DNA from: Phoronis australis
Taxonomy: Eukaryota > Animalia > Phoronida
Assembly: GCA_002633005.1 (NCBI GenBank)
Contig: NMRA01000049.1
Coordinates: 131,878 to 195,877 of the forward strand
Direction: 5' to 3'
DNA length: 64,000 bases
Shown: piece by piece, positions 63,010 through 64,000 of the stretch
How positions within the stretch are numbered: the first letter of the stretch is position 1
Layout: the number at the start of each line of letters is the position of its first letter
Made by a program: the position numbers and the translations under genes
Notes under the pieces: generated by a model
What the model was told of the DNA's origin: nothing
Database searches by the model: none
The model's input: the letters and a program-made list of their open reading frames with translations, nothing else

Positions 63010-64000
63010 TCAGCAGACTTAGTGTAATTAAAGTGGTAACGTGTGAAACAGAAACCCCCAGAACAATCGAAAAGATAATAGTCGTGTTCATGTAAAAGCT
63101 GCATTTTGATTTAAAAATTCCATACAAAAAGGCAATCTGACAAAGACTTCAAACAGACTGTTCAGCTGTGGTGGAATGAGAACACACTGGCTGTAAATTT
63201 ACTAGAATCTTGCGTTTTTGGGAGAGTGTTGCGTTAATATGCTCCTGGGGGGCGCTCTGCTGCAATGTAATTGTGTTTTTTTATTTTTTATGTGCTAATG
63301 GCGCAAAGGTGAGGTCCAGGATATCCTGATGAGGTCTTATGACCTTAAGTACCTTGGTTGTGACTTGGGCTTGACTACTAGTACTTTAGATGCTAGCTGA
63401 GTTGGAAAATGTTTGCGCATTACTTTTAAAGCAAAACTTGCTGGTGCTAAATACTATTTCAGAGTGTACCTGTATTGGGAAGTCAAAATATTAGACAATG
63501 TATGCCATTCTGAGCAAAATGAAGCCTTCTCTCTTCTAAACCTTAAAAAAATTTGACTCATGAAGGAATAATGGATTCTAAAAAACACCTTGTGATTGGT
63601 TTTCCAGATTCAAAACCAATCAAAAATAGTAGAAAACAAGGATTCGGTGACTTAAAGTAGGGATTTTGAAACGGTGGCAGATTTATTCATGATTAATCAC
63701 TTTCACTTTTTGACAAGGGTTATGAAATTATAGAAGCGACTTGACTGTGTCGTAATTGGTCTGAAACGAGCTGAGTGTAACGTCGTCGGTATACGACGTA
63801 TAAAAACCAATTGAATGATATAAGAGTTATATTATCAAAGTATTCAGCATTAAAGCAAACGACATCCAAGTGATTAAAACACATGCAAGAAAACTATTTA
63901 TACACGCTAAGAATATACGTCATAGTGACACGTGATTAACAGTCATACATTTAAGTGCTACCGGAACTATAAACATCTGGTAGAAATTCAATACATGACA

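Overview
AT-rich, intron-containing animal genomic DNA, probably a marine invertebrate, from a draft assembly with N gaps at 15212-15464 and 19101-19176. Most ORFs in the supplied track are spurious because the real genes are spliced. Three spliced genes can be rebuilt from GT-AG sites with matching intron phases. (1) A 4-exon, 392-aa secreted protein (17006-26117, +) with a signal peptide, a Pro/Thr mucin stalk, a chitin-binding type-2-like module and a Ly6/three-finger module; a frameshifted paralogous first exon lies at 6263. (2) NDUFB4, 3 exons, minus strand, 29574-32927. (3) A Polycomb Scm/SCMH1-type gene (2 MBT + SLED + SAM, plus strand, ending at 47843), head-to-head with NDUFB4 and with a candidate start codon only 43 bp from the NDUFB4 ATG. 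The rest is mobile DNA: an internally deleted Kolobok element with convergent THAP-transposase and P2X7-ballast-like genes, several TTAA-flanked Kolobok-type non-autonomous elements, Harbinger-like and 5-bp-TSD MITEs, a decayed LINE, a complete tRNA-derived SINE, a solo LTR present in only one of two duplicated (probably allelic) copies, minisatellites, and a 66-bp loop-less perfect palindrome flanked by a 9-bp target duplication. No CRISPR arrays, rRNA or intact tRNA genes were seen.
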